The notes beneath the pieces were generated by a model. The model made no database searches. It was not told the DNA's origin and saw nothing but the letters and a program-made list of their open reading frames with translations. A stretch of DNA of 64,000 nucleotides from Tubiluchus corallicola (lineage: Eukaryota; Animalia; Priapulida). This document shows, in pieces, positions 40,400-52,244 of the stretch. Position 1 is the first letter of the stretch. Each line of letters opens with the position of its first letter. The translations under genes and the position numbers were made by a program. The stretch is from NCBI GenBank assembly GCA_030141605.1, contig JAQGDQ010000700.1, forward strand, positions 46,136 to 110,135. The letters are read 5' to 3'.

Positions 40400-41065
40400 C
40401 GATTATTATTTCAACACGTAAGTTAGACACAACTTTCAACGTGCTACTTACTGCTTAACTAAGTGACCACGCACATTTTACTTACTGCTTTAGCAGGCGA
40501 CCATACATCAGACTTACTTCTCCATCAAGCGACCATACCGACATATTACTTACTATTAAATTAAGCAACCGTAAAACATTCTACTTACTACTATAACCTA
40601 GCAACCATACAACACACTATTTACTAGTTAACCAAGTTACAATACGATATACTGCTTACTACTTAACAAAGTGACCATTCATAACTTCCTTACTACTAAA
40701 TCTAGCAACCGTAAAAGTTAATATTGTATTTACTAATTAACCAAGAAATTTTACAAAATACTACTTACTACTTAATCAAGCAACCATACAACATTATGCT
40801 TTAGTACTACTTAACTAAGTGACCACGTAATATTCCACTTATTACTTAACAAAGCAAACAGACAAGGTTACATTCTATTTAACTACTGACCAGCCAACGT
40901 AGTACTTACAACGTAACTAAGCACCATATATATACTGCCCACTAATTAACTAACTAATCAAACATTAGATTCTTTTTACTGCTCAACCAAGTGACCATAC
41001 AACATACTTCTTACTATTTAACCAAATGACTGTACAATATACTATTTACTATATAACTAAGCAAC
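40400..41065. repeat. Degenerate ~35-40 bp tandem repeat (TACTTACTACTTAACTAAGTGACCATACAACA-like)
   Basis: Motifs TTACTACT / AAGTGACCA / AAGCAACC recur periodically. Confidence 0.65.
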
Positions 41066-41180
41066 CGTATTCGTTACATTGTATTCGTTACAATACAATA
41101 AATTATTTTACTTACCACACATAATTACTTATTAGTTAACTAAACAGACTATTAATAAATGATTATTTTTATCATTTCAG

Positions 41181-41405
41181 TCGATCCATTAACAATCGAA
41201 GAAATTAACATCACAAGTTATTCCGAAAAGAGAGTTTCTCTGTATACTGATGGAGGTGAACGAAAATGCTGTTGGGTGGACAGCAAATTGAGGTATGATT
41301 TCGTACCAGAAGACGATGGTCATTTGCTGAAATGTCTACTAGAGAGTTCCACTGACGAAGATGGCGAAGGACGGGTCATAAATGGGACAACATTAGACAT
41401 TCAGT
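41181..41405 (+). CDS. Ig receptor gene A: C-terminal half of the C2-set (CD80-like) Ig domain
   Basis: TTTCAG|; SKLRYDFVPEDDGHLLKCLL..TTLDIQ; T|GTAAGT; phase 1-1. Confidence 0.8.
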
Positions 41406-41621
41406 GTAAGTCACTGAAATTTTCTAGTTTGTCGTGTTTGTGTTTTGGATCTAGTCAAAGATGGCTTAGCGACTGTTATTGTTAAGAACGTTTAAGTGTT
41501 TCTTGTTTCGTTTTTATAATTTGGACTTGTATTCTAAAGGTCCCTGGTTCAAATTCAGACTTTGTCGCATTTTTTTCACATTTCTTTGACTCTGTGATTA
41601 AGGGTTTAAATGACTAAACGA

Positions 41622-41770
<149 letters not shown>

Positions 41771-43063
41771 AAATTTATTTGGAAGTGTAAATACAAATAC
41801 AATATCAAGAAACACTGGGAAAAAATAGATACTAATAATTATAATCATATGACAGCGTGCATATAATAGATGGCAAGAACCAGAATTAAAACTTGTTAGG
41901 TGCTTGCACTATTATAAAGACTTCCAAATAATGAGAAAAAAAGAACAAAAAAACTGAAGGTTTTTAGGCAATTTAAAAAATGTGGAGATTCGGCTCATGA
42001 GAATTGGTCACTATTATGTATAAATGGCTAAACGGCTTTAAATTAACTGCATAAAATGAATCCAACTAGCTTGTAATTAGTCTAGTATGAAAACCAATGG
42101 CTTGGTAATTTTGGATTGATAATTAGTAAGATTGCCATGGTCATAAGAGGTTGTAGAGTCCATGGTGGTGATCGTGAGAGTGGATGTAATCCAAAGGTTC
42201 ATAGTTCAAACCAAGTTCACTTCCAACTTTTTAACATGCCCTTTCTTTTGGTCAGATTTGGTTTCAAAATTTCAATAAGCATGAGTTTATTCCATCTCTC
42301 ACAAATCATTGACAAATCATCTTGAAATTAAAATTATAAATACGTTCATGTATCAGCGAACATCACTATTGTCTTGCGAAAGAGTTCTGTAAGTTTATGT
42401 ATGAAGAGGGATGTCAGGGAATGATTGCTTCCCACATGCAGAACAAGATAAAAGTAAGGGATGAAAACTGTCATAACCATGAGAAAGGGCATTTTATTAT
42501 GAATAAAAAACACTTATCTTAATGTCTAGTTTTGCTGTTGTTTGCAGCGCTGACAATCACAAATGGACAGGGATGTGTAATTCACATTTTTTTTGTATAT
42601 TATTTAGATACGAGTATACAGAATTGTCTATAAAGCCGCAAGCTGATTAACTCAAAATTCTTCTGTAGAGGTATTAAAAAAATCAATAGCTATTCCCATC
42701 CATTACAAGACAATTTAATAAGATACACTTATAATTATAAAAAGAACATTACCTACTTTTAATGTGGATTGCAAATCACGTTAGTTTCTCAATGGGAATG
42801 ATGATTCATTTCATAAGAACTTCGTGGGTTTTCGATTTCTGACAGTAAGAAATGAAAGGAATTGTAGAAAACAAATTAAATAAAAAATCACATATAGTTT
42901 AAATTGCACTGATGTAATCGTGAGAAAGAGCATTTAATTTTGATATTACATAAAAAACAGATTAAATAAAAGTATTTCATCGATTAAAAATTACATTTAT
43001 GTCATTAACTTTTAAGTCATGCAGGGTTATCATTTCCTGATACCCTGTACAATGCTTTTGCAG

Positions 43064-43327
43064 ATTTCTTTGAAAATGTTGGAATTGAAGTAACTGGTGG
43101 ATTTCAGTACGTAAGTGAAGGTCAACCTCTTGAGTTGAAGTGTATAACCAAGGCTAATCCTCCAGCAAACATATTGTGGTCTCTTCCTCATGGCAATTTT
43201 GATGTAGGAAACACCGATGTCTACCGTTTGAATCGCACTTTCAAAGAGCACGCCGGAGAGTATTATTGCACGGCTAACAACTTGCTCGGAAGTGCAAGTT
43301 CTCGTGCATTGCTTATTACTGTTGATT
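43064..43327 (+). CDS. Ig receptor gene A: I/C2-set Ig domain exon
   Basis: TTTTGCAG|; VSEGQPLELKCITKANPPANILW..EHAGEYYCTANNLLG; T|GTGAGT. Confidence 0.88.
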
Positions 43328-44671
43328 GTGAGTTCAAATTTGCTTGTATTGAGTTAAAAGCATCAGAATGTTTTGATAGAAGTTGATAGAAGTTATTTAT
43401 ATATCCAATAAATGCATGAAGGCAATACTAAATTAGAAAGATTGAAAAGCTTTTGCAGCTTCACTGGGACTTGAACCCCTGCCTGCTATTGTCTGCATGG
43501 GCAGCTATGCTAAAAATTCTATCAGAGAAGCACGTTATATATACAGGTTGTCCCAGCTGTCACTATATACTTCACATTTTCTATGTGTTTTTAACAAACA
43601 AAATGTTTGCAAATTGAGAAAGTCTCTCACAGCCCAAGAGTGAGGAGGACGGACTGCATCTTGTTCAAAATTCAAACTTCAGTTGATGATGGAAGGACCC
43701 GGTGCCAGGCTGGATTTGTACCTCATTTCTGATGTTAGTGTCATCACCATAGCAACTGCTTTCTAGCCGAAAAATGTACTTCCAGCCCAAAGGTCCCTTT
43801 CAGTTCGTGTGAGAGCTTGCTCAGACAGGAGAAACATTTAAAAAGAAAATTAGAAATCAAAATGAGTAGTATCAGACCCCATTTGAGACACTTTGTATAT
43901 ATTATACGCTGACGTTTTTGAGTTTAACACATCATTGCTGTAGAGTCAGCTCTAAAGTTGCCCATGAAAGTCTTTCTTGCTTTTCTATAAAAATCTTTGA
44001 GAGGCTTTTTATTCTTCTTTTATTAGTGGTAGACTATTTGTTTGCAACAAGCTGTCTAACAACTTTACCATCTGAGACAAAATTTGCCTGCATACGGCAA
44101 CTTTTGCATGAAGCAAACTGTAGCTTGAGTAACCTCAGTAAACCAGTATTAGATGCCACGCGAATAAACGACTGCTTTTTATTCGTGTGATCTGGTTTTG
44201 CCTGATACGAATTCTTTACCAAGAGCCACAGAGTGCGCAGACAAGGACATGATGAGTTTACCTGAGACACAGTTTACCTGAGAATTTGAACACATTTAAT
44301 AAAAATCTGTGTGTGACAAAGTTGTTAAAACGGCATTTATCCTGTCCGCTGTCGAGACAAAATCTGTATCAAACAATTGAAACGAATTGTTACAAACAGA
44401 TTTTGCCTCGTTTGTGCACCTTGTATTAAAGCTCTTTAGTCTGTTTTCTTTGGCATCGTGACATGAATTCTTGTATTTATTTATCAGAGACATTAAACAT
44501 GTTTTCCACCGTGATTTTGATTTAAGTTTGCGCTTCAATTTTCAGCATTTTCCTTAAATTTGAGAAAAGTGTTGATACCACAAGTACGTCCCTCCCCTAC
44601 TATCATGGGTAAAGGTGGTGTTGTTGGATTGTGTGCTGTAAGGAGAAAATCTCAGGATTGCTCTGTTATGT

Positions 44672-44743
44672 TGACTGGTAGCTCAGCTGGCGGAACATGG
44701 GAGTAATAATCCCAGGTCTCCGGTTCAAATCCCAGCTAGTCAA
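44672..44743 (+). tRNA. tRNA-Ile(AAT)-like pseudogene / tRNA-derived SINE head
   Basis: A box TAGCTCAGCTGG, B box GGTTCAAATCC; acceptor stem TGACTGG/CTAGTCA; anticodon stem TGGGA/TCCCA with AAT; mismatched D and T stems; T-run downstream. Confidence 0.55.
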
Positions 44744-44920
44744 CAATTTTTAGCGTTTCCTTTCTTTTTAATGATTTCATTACCTTTAACGGGTAATAAT
44801 TATTAAAATAAAACGCAGTTGTTTATAAACATTCTGGCAATCACATTCATAATCTAATTAATTAATTAATGATTATTTACAAATATATCATCGTGTTTAC
44901 AGACTTCATAATTGTTTCAG

Positions 44921-45268
44921 CACCGTGCCGCATAATCGCGGAAGAGTTTGTCTGGCTTAATTTGTATGAAGACTTCCGCTACACGTTACGCATAAAAAAG
45001 AACACGACAGCACCTTTCGTCAGACTCTTCTGGACTGCAGAGAGGAAAGAATTGCCAGAACTGCATCTGAATATGAGCCAAGATGGGCCGTCGAAAATGG
45101 ACAACATTGAGTCAAATATTGTCAAAAAATCAGAAGGGGGTAAATTTTATCTCCATGACTACGAGGTTTATTTACTCATCAAAAATGCTCAAGCAAAAGA
45201 CATGCAGAGGTACACTTTCCATGCCGAGACTGAATCAGAATTCTGCACACATCCAGTTGATTTTCTTT
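44921..45268 (+). CDS. Ig receptor gene A: divergent Ig-like domain exon
   Basis: TTTCAG|; FVRLFW..YEVYLLIKNAQAKDMQRYTFHAE (D-x-x-x-Y motif, no canonical F-strand Cys); T|GTAAGT. Confidence 0.75.
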
Positions 45269-45957
45269 GTAAGTACAACAGTGTAACAGTAAGTTTCAAA
45301 AATTTTTCTGTACATACTGTTTTCATATGCTAATTTCTTGCGTTAATACTTCATGCAGTCAAATAGTAAAAACATTGATTTTCCTGTTGACAAAATTTGC
45401 AAGAAAACATGAGTGCGACATTTAATGCTAGCATGTATTTATATAAGCTTATCCTTTTTTACAAATGGGCCTCCACAAATGTTATGCAGCCACTGTAATT
45501 TAGCAAAATTTTTAATGATTCTGTGGAAACTATGCACTGCTGAGCCTTTAAAAGGGTAAGGGACGTATAGGTTATGTGAGAACTATGTCCAATTTGATTT
45601 TCAGCAGGAGCTGCCCTGAGGGTACCTGCAAGTGAGGTAGTTTTTGGAACTTTAGGTAAATGCTTCCTGCCAAATAGGATAAAACTTCTAGGGAAAGCTT
45701 ATACATTGCTATGTTGCTGCTGAACTAAGAATAGCTGAGGCAAATTGCATAGCCAAGTGGTCACAACTTGAGCTTGGGGACTGAAGTTAAGAGTGGCAGC
45801 GAGATTGGTTAGTGAATGGATGGACGATCACTGGGTTCAACACATTTTCAGAGCGGTTTTGTTCGCTATGCGGAACTGGCTGTTTACTTCATAGATAAGG
45901 ATGTTATCTTATCCGAGCATGACTTTGACATGTCTTCCAGTTCAGTGCTTTATCTTA

Positions 45958-46136
45958 TGGCACGTTCAGACATAGAGATTTCTCTCGCAACGTCTCTTTG
46001 AGAATAAAGTTGCAACATGTGAACGAATTGGCAACTTCTCTTGCGACTTGTTGCAATATGTGAATGGCTTAACATCTTCTCTCAGACAAAAGTTGCACAA
46101 CAATTGCGAGAAAAGTCTCTACGTCTGAATGTGCCA
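45958..46136. mobile_element. PIF/Harbinger-type MITE
   Basis: TIR TGGCACGTTCAGACATAGAGA / TCTCTACGTCTGAATGTGCCA; TTA target-site duplication on both sides. Confidence 0.85.
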
Positions 46137-46250
46137 TTAGAGGCATAACCCTGACAACCTCAGCTAGATTCTAGTTGTAAATTGACAAAGTTAAATTATT
46201 AAATAACCTTTTGCTTAACTTTTTATGGAATGTTAAATATTTTGTTGCAG

Positions 46251-46622
46251 TTGAGCCTACGCTGAAACCAGAGAGCGAAAATAAATTTGAGATTGAATTT
46301 GGCGCCGACCTGCAAGCGAAGATAACGTTTTGTTGTTCCCCGAAGTACGAGGAGGCAAGGTGGGAGTGGTTTGGAATTCACAGCGTTGATGTCGATGTTC
46401 ACACCGGGAAGGGAACATTTGATGCACAGATCTCTACGCGAGTATGGCTGATAAAAGAGGGCACTGATATATTCACTAATACATTCTGTTACAAAGCCAT
46501 GCTGAACATAATCGATATTCACGAAGAAAACATGGGAATTTATAGGTTTCGCGTCAGTAACAGGAAGTATCCGGATGGGATAAGAAGTTTTCAAGAGTTC
46601 GACATTTTCGTTCTTGTAACAG
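46251..46622 (+). CDS. Ig receptor gene A: membrane-proximal fasciclin-3-like Ig domain exon
   Basis: TTGCAG|; TFCCSP..ARWEWFG..FCYKAMLNIIDIHEENMGIYRFRVSN; G|GTACT. Confidence 0.8.
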
Positions 46623-46868
46623 GTACTAGTACACAAGTGCAATGTAATGCATTGTAAGAGAAAAAACATTCTAAGGTTATCAAAGAAAATTATAAAACTA
46701 TTGTAAAAGGGAATCAGTGGTGATTGCCTGGTCCATTTTGCAAGTAATTTCTGTTTAACATGTCACTACTATATTATAATTTTATTTAGGATTAGAAGTT
46801 GATTTATTCCAAAAGCCATAGTACAAAGACAGTAATATCTTATACGAAAATACACAATATAGAGATAA

Positions 46869-47292
46869 GGGGCCATCCACATAATATAACAATATCAAGT
46901 TTAGGGTAGGTAGGTGGCAGGAGACATGATAATGCCATTACAACACAAGATAGGTAGGTGATTTAGTCATCATATCGTTATCTGACTACGCTTTTTTCAA
47001 CTTTACGGCCGTGAGGAGGAGGAATCTCCAGAATGGGTCGATGCGAATGAGTTCTGTGAATTATGGCTGACACTGCCAATGCCAGTAGAATTCATTAATG
47101 GTTTTCCATTAATTAACACAAATGATGTTGCCTGTCCTTGGCAGGAGGAAGAACAAAATGTACAAAAAGCTACATCAGTGTGATATCAATATAGGGGATA
47201 AGTAGATGGTGGGGTATATGATAACGCCATTACAACGCAAGGTAGGTAGGTCCTTCTAATCGGCTATCCACATCGTTACTTGCGGATGGCCC
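46869..47292. mobile_element. Harbinger-like MITE
   Basis: GGGGCCATCC.. / ..GGATGGCCC termini flanked by TAA on both sides; internal GGTAGGTAGG repeats. Confidence 0.65.
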
Positions 47293-48053
47293 TAACGTGA
47301 GAAATAATCTTAAATAAGACATAGCCTAATGATGAATTATGATGAACAGCACAGATGATTATCGGCTCAGATCGGAAGGCAAACTTGTAATGCCTGAGCC
47401 AAACGGGAGTGCAGGAGATGCACGATAAAAAGGAGGAAAGCTGAAAGGTAATGAGTGTGAAGATGAGGTGAGAAAGATGATGAAATAATGGAGAAGGACA
47501 AGATGTAAGGATTAGATTTGTGTTAGAATTTTAATAATATTGATAAGAATTGTTCCTGTATTTCAACAAATTCTAACCTTTTAAGCGGTTAGGTAGATTG
47601 AATGCTGTTTAGTCAGTTGTTTGGTCAGTTTGTTTGCATTGTTCAGTCAGTTGTTTGCATGAACTTGGTTTTCAACATGTGTGAAGTTTGCTACGTAAAG
47701 AAAGCATTTGCATGTTTTTTTAGTTTTTTAAATAATGTGTTGCAAAGTAATAATAATTAGGCTACTCACCTATGAAATAGCTATGTAAAGTGGTGTATAT
47801 TGTGAACGTGATAGTCTCATTTTTATCCTCTTTGTTCCTTTAATAAGTTCTTATCCACTCTTTTGTACTGCAATGTCACAATAGAGTTGCTCTGTATTCT
47901 AATATTTTTGCAAAAAGCAGATTTCGTGGCAACTGCAAATGGTGTTCTAAATGACAAATCCATTCAGTTTGGCAAAAAAATCAATAAGCAAGTAACCCAA
48001 TGCTTTGCATTCTTGACCAGTTTGTGTAATAAAGTGTTTGTCACTGTTATCAG

Positions 48054-48185
48054 GTCCCAGTCACTCCATGGTGGAAGTTGGCATGGCAATTGGAGTCATC
48101 GTACCGTGTCTTGTGGTCGCCTTCATTGTGGCTGTTCTCTTGTTTGCTTTTATAAATAAAGGAATGTGCTTCACCACTAATGTTG
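48054..48185 (+). CDS. Ig receptor gene A: transmembrane exon
   Basis: TATCAG|; VGMAIGVIVPCLVVAFIVAVLLFAFINKG; G|GTAAGT; phase 1-1. Confidence 0.82.
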
Positions 48186-48884
48186 GTAAGTTATTTAACT
48201 GTGTGAGTCACAAAATGTTCCATCAAATTCAATGTAAATGCGGCTAGAATAAAGTCAATGAGAACTAGAAAAGCTGAATTGTACAGAGTAAGATTACTAT
48301 GACAATCAAACTACAGCAAAATTGCCGAGTCAGAGATCATCATAGCTGACTTAGCTACTACTTACAGCCTTACAAAGAGCTAATGTTGTTACTTAATGTT
48401 GCATGACTTAGCAGATTGATAATTTTGGGAGAAACAGTGGCATTATTGTCTAAATTTAATGTCAATTGTATTATTGTGAAAATCTGTAGAGTTCTGTATC
48501 TCTCATATTCTTTGCCTGTTTTAATGCTGAAGCCGATACAAGCAATTTTCCTAGATCAACACATAGAAAAGAGGTATTCTGGTGCAGTACTGCATATCAA
48601 ATTCAGGGGGGTTCTAGAAAAATATGTTTATCGCGTCATGTCGAAAAAGGGAACGCACGTCATGTCACGCACGCAAAACACGTGGACAATTTGTGGCTTC
48701 ACCCATGAAACAAATGAGCAAAATATTAAAAGGGAAGGATGCCAGAAGTTTTTTTGCCTCGGGCACCACAAGCACTTGCTATGCCACTATGCGAATTGCT
48801 GTATGTTATAGTTAAGAGAGATTTAAGATTCAAAAAGACGCAAGGGCAATTACGAATCGCCTTACTGAAGGAATTTTTGCCTTA

Positions 48885-49472
48885 CCGTATATATTCGCAT
48901 ATAAGCCTACATCGCATATAAGCCGACCCCCTAAAACTGCTTTAAAATGGCCAGATTTTGCAAAAACCCGTATATAAGCCGACCATCAACTTTTAGCTTG
49001 AAGTCAGCAGTATAGGACATACGTTTTCTTTTTTCTCCAGGCATGGTGTATTGCACAAATAATTTTACAACTAAAATTATCAAAATTCAGCACACTTTTA
49101 AATTCTGTGGCCGCGTGCTCACGTTTGCCTCATTGGTTTGCTGTTCCTCTATAAGCCACGTGACCCTCGTCTCCCCACGCGCTGCCTACCAATTGGCTGA
49201 TGACGTCGGCTTGGTTACGGCTCGCAACTGGTGACACACAGTGGTGTATTGCTAAATAAAAAGTAGGTGGACGGCTAGTCTCAAGACTTACCATTTTACA
49301 TTCACAAATTTGAAAGAAATTGAGTCAGATAGCGATGAAAATGTGTGGCTGGAAAATTGGCATTAGTGTCTGTCCTTGTGTTCATTTTGTTTCATGCGCA
49401 TATAAGCCGACCCCCTGATTTCAGTATTGTATTTTATAGTTCTAAATTCGGCTTATATGCGAGTATATACGG
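48885..49472. mobile_element. Tc1/mariner-pogo (Tc2-like) non-autonomous element
   Basis: TIR CCGTATATATTCGCATATAAGCC / GGCTTATATGCGAGTATATACGG; TA TSD; internal TATAAGCCGAC subrepeats. Confidence 0.88.
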
Positions 49473-50267
49473 TAATTTATTTTAACAACCAGCTTATATC
49501 TTCTGAAGTATCTCATCGTGTTCAGAATATATACGCATATGAGTAGTATGCTTTAATGAAATGTATAATTATTATTATACATTATTTTACGTGTATTGCT
49601 AAATTTTCATACAATTTGTACAGTAATTTTTATTTGAATGCTTCAAGGACTGTAAAATCTCTGAATCTCTAAAACATTTTATTATTTTTCAGCCCCATCT
49701 TTTATTTAAATTTTATTACTATGCTTAATTGTACTGTATTGCAATGTGTTGAGTTCATTTTTACAATGCTTTTTGACTTCTTGTTTTTCATTTGTAATAC
49801 TATTTTCTATTTTTAGTAATTACTAACTATTCTAGGAACATATTGGAAATAACATTATGTTTTACATACGAAGTAAAAAATATATTTATATTCAATTCTA
49901 TTCTAACTCTATTGCTATAAAGATGCAAAGCCACAAAATTAGGCTATTAAATCTGGTGCCAATTAATTAAAAAATCGCACTTCTAAAAACAACGAAAAAA
50001 GAGAAAAGCAGAAAGTTTTAAACTGCCACTGCAGGTTCATCTTCATTTGAAAAGGGATAAATTTGCGTAATCCAAACTCTATTTTTAGGTTGTAATTTAG
50101 GTTGTTTTAGGTTGTATATTGTAAACCCATAAAGATATCACACTAAAAAGAACGTAAGTACGTAGAAAAACACAGAGACACAGCAGATTAGAAGCTCAAG
50201 GGAGAAACACAGAAGTATAAAATCATTGGAAGCCGTCGCAGAACAGAGTGGAACATAATCATTAGTG

Positions 50268-50659
50268 AATAAGCTTTTTCACAGTTTTGTTGTGTACATG
50301 CGCAGTTGCTGTAGGTCAAAGGTTAAGTGAACCCCAGCAACACGTCTCTTAACTACAACCGTCACATGACGTGTGAGTAAAGTAAAGCCAAATGCCGCAT
50401 CATTTCACTAACGTCGTTGTTTTACCTGGACCTTACTTAATTATGTATTAATCCTGCATAGAGCAATTTACTAGCAGAGTCTTGTTTGCGAACAAGAGAA
50501 AATGAACTAGGTCAGGTTCTAGCTAGCTATTAAAACGGTTACTCTTACAATAACATGGGCTGCGAGGCATTGTCAAGTATATACAAATGCATTGTCTGGT
50601 TCACTTAGCCTTTGACCTCATGATCATCATCAATCGCTGGAACTGTGAAAAGGCTTATT
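50268..50659. mobile_element. Unclassified MITE
   Basis: TIR AATAAGCTTTTTCACAGTT / AACTGTGAAAAGGCTTATT plus an internal IR AGGTCAAAGGTTAAGTGAACC / GGTTCACTTAGCCTTTGACCT. Confidence 0.75.
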
Positions 50660-51270
50660 ACCTAAACATTTGACAACGAGGCGACCTTTTATACATTTTT
50701 GTTGCATTCTAAAGAATTTTGTTCTGTCTTATTCTGTAATGCTCTTGAGGGAGTTCACAACATTGGAAGTCAAAGTTACACCTTCTGATACTGGTCCAGT
50801 GGAGGTCTTCTGAAATGGAATTTCTTTAACTTTGTGGGCACTTTTTCTTGTTCTGCATCTTTATTTGCTTTCTCCTAAACTCCAAGATAATACCAGAAAT
50901 AGATCATTATTGAATGTCGTTTGTGTAAACAATTAGTTGGTTTATTATATATTGTTGTTAGAGAAAACAGTTCTTGTACAAAATGTGTTAATTTCATGTT
51001 TTGCATTTAAATTCATTGCTGTTTATTTACAATAGTAATTTTTACTATTGTTTTCTAGTTATGTGTACATTTTTGTAGAGTCTCCGATGATGTTTATTAT
51101 AACATAAATGAAAGGTACAGTTACATTTTTGGTTGTAAGACACTGCACATTTGGCACACTGTGGTTTGGCTATTTTAGTTAAGCTAATGTTTCTGCAAGA
51201 GGCATCCATCGCTAAAACGTTTGCTTGATAGACGAGTTTTATTTCCTCTACGTATTTTTTAATATCTCAG

Positions 51271-51537
51271 GTAAAGGGAGAGCTCGGATTGGTCGAGTGT
51301 CAGCTATATCTGAAATGTCAAGTAGATCGACTGTAGAATCCTTGGGTCAACCCGTCACTGTAGAATCATCGGAAGGCGTAGCTGAATCAGACGCTGTAGT
51401 AGCTTCAGTAGTGGCTTCACCTTTAGTGGCTTCAGCAGTGGCTTCACCTTTAGTGGGTTCAGTAGTGGCTTCACCTTTAGTGGCTTCAGTAGTGACTTTG
51501 CCTGGCACCGCCGTAGTCAGATATGCATCTTTATCAG
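51271..51537 (+). CDS. Ig receptor gene A: cytoplasmic exon with VASPL repeats and ITIM-consensus VRYASL
   Basis: TCTCAG|GTAAAGGG..; 27-bp in-frame repeats; G|GTCAGA donor; phase 1-1. Confidence 0.65.
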
Positions 51538-51675
51538 GTCAGAGCACTCTGTTCTTTCTCTACTGTGTTTTTCTCTCTCTTGCTTGTGAAAAGGCTTTAG
51601 GTATTCATTTTTAGCTGTTGCAAATTTACTGCCATTTCACTGCATCTTTGAAAAAATATGTGCCAGCAAAAACAC

Positions 51676-51723
51676 TGTTGTTGTTGTTGTTGTTTTTATT
51701 ATTATTATTATTATTATTATTGC

Positions 51724-51754
<31 letters not shown>

Positions 51755-51756
51755 GC

Positions 51757-51795
<39 letters not shown>

Positions 51796-51820
51796 TGCTG
51801 TTGTTGTTATTATTGCTGTT
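51676..51820. repeat. (TTG)n/(TTA)n microsatellite
   Basis: Directly visible. Confidence 0.95.
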
Positions 51821-52179
51821 TCAAGGCAGGGGCACTAGTAATTCAAGTCACTAAAATTGCTATAATTCTGTCGTTTTTTTACAATTAAGTAAATGTACAT
51901 GCTTGTCATGTAATCACTAGGGAAAGATGACTGCTTGCCATTGACACAGTACGACTGGCATCTAGTAGCAGTATTAGCACTCAGTGACAAAATGTGCTTA
52001 TTATGTTGATGTTCGCATCTTTTCAAGATAAATAGTCAGTGGTAATTTGCCTGATGAACCACCGGTAGAAGCGGTTTATCTGGTTCTGATCCACCCATTT
52101 CCTAATTAGTATAGCGTTGATTAACTTTGTCATGTGAACACACACCACAACACACTTGTCAGTGTTTGTTTACTTACAG

Positions 52180-52244
52180 ATCAATCAGCTGCAAGGAAAC
52201 CATCTTATGACTGCAAGTTGCAAAATGCAGAACAAGACTGGTAA
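52180..52244 (+). CDS. Ig receptor gene A: probable last coding exon
   Basis: TTACTTACAG|; DQSAARKPSYDCKLQNAEQDW*; phase 1. Confidence 0.5.

Noticed and set aside
51080-51118. Hammerhead-ribozyme-like motif (CCGATGA..stem..GAAA); weaker ones near 2655, 13390 and 54283
   Set aside because: Catalytic core is mutated and flanking stems are not evident; at most decayed Penelope-type remnants
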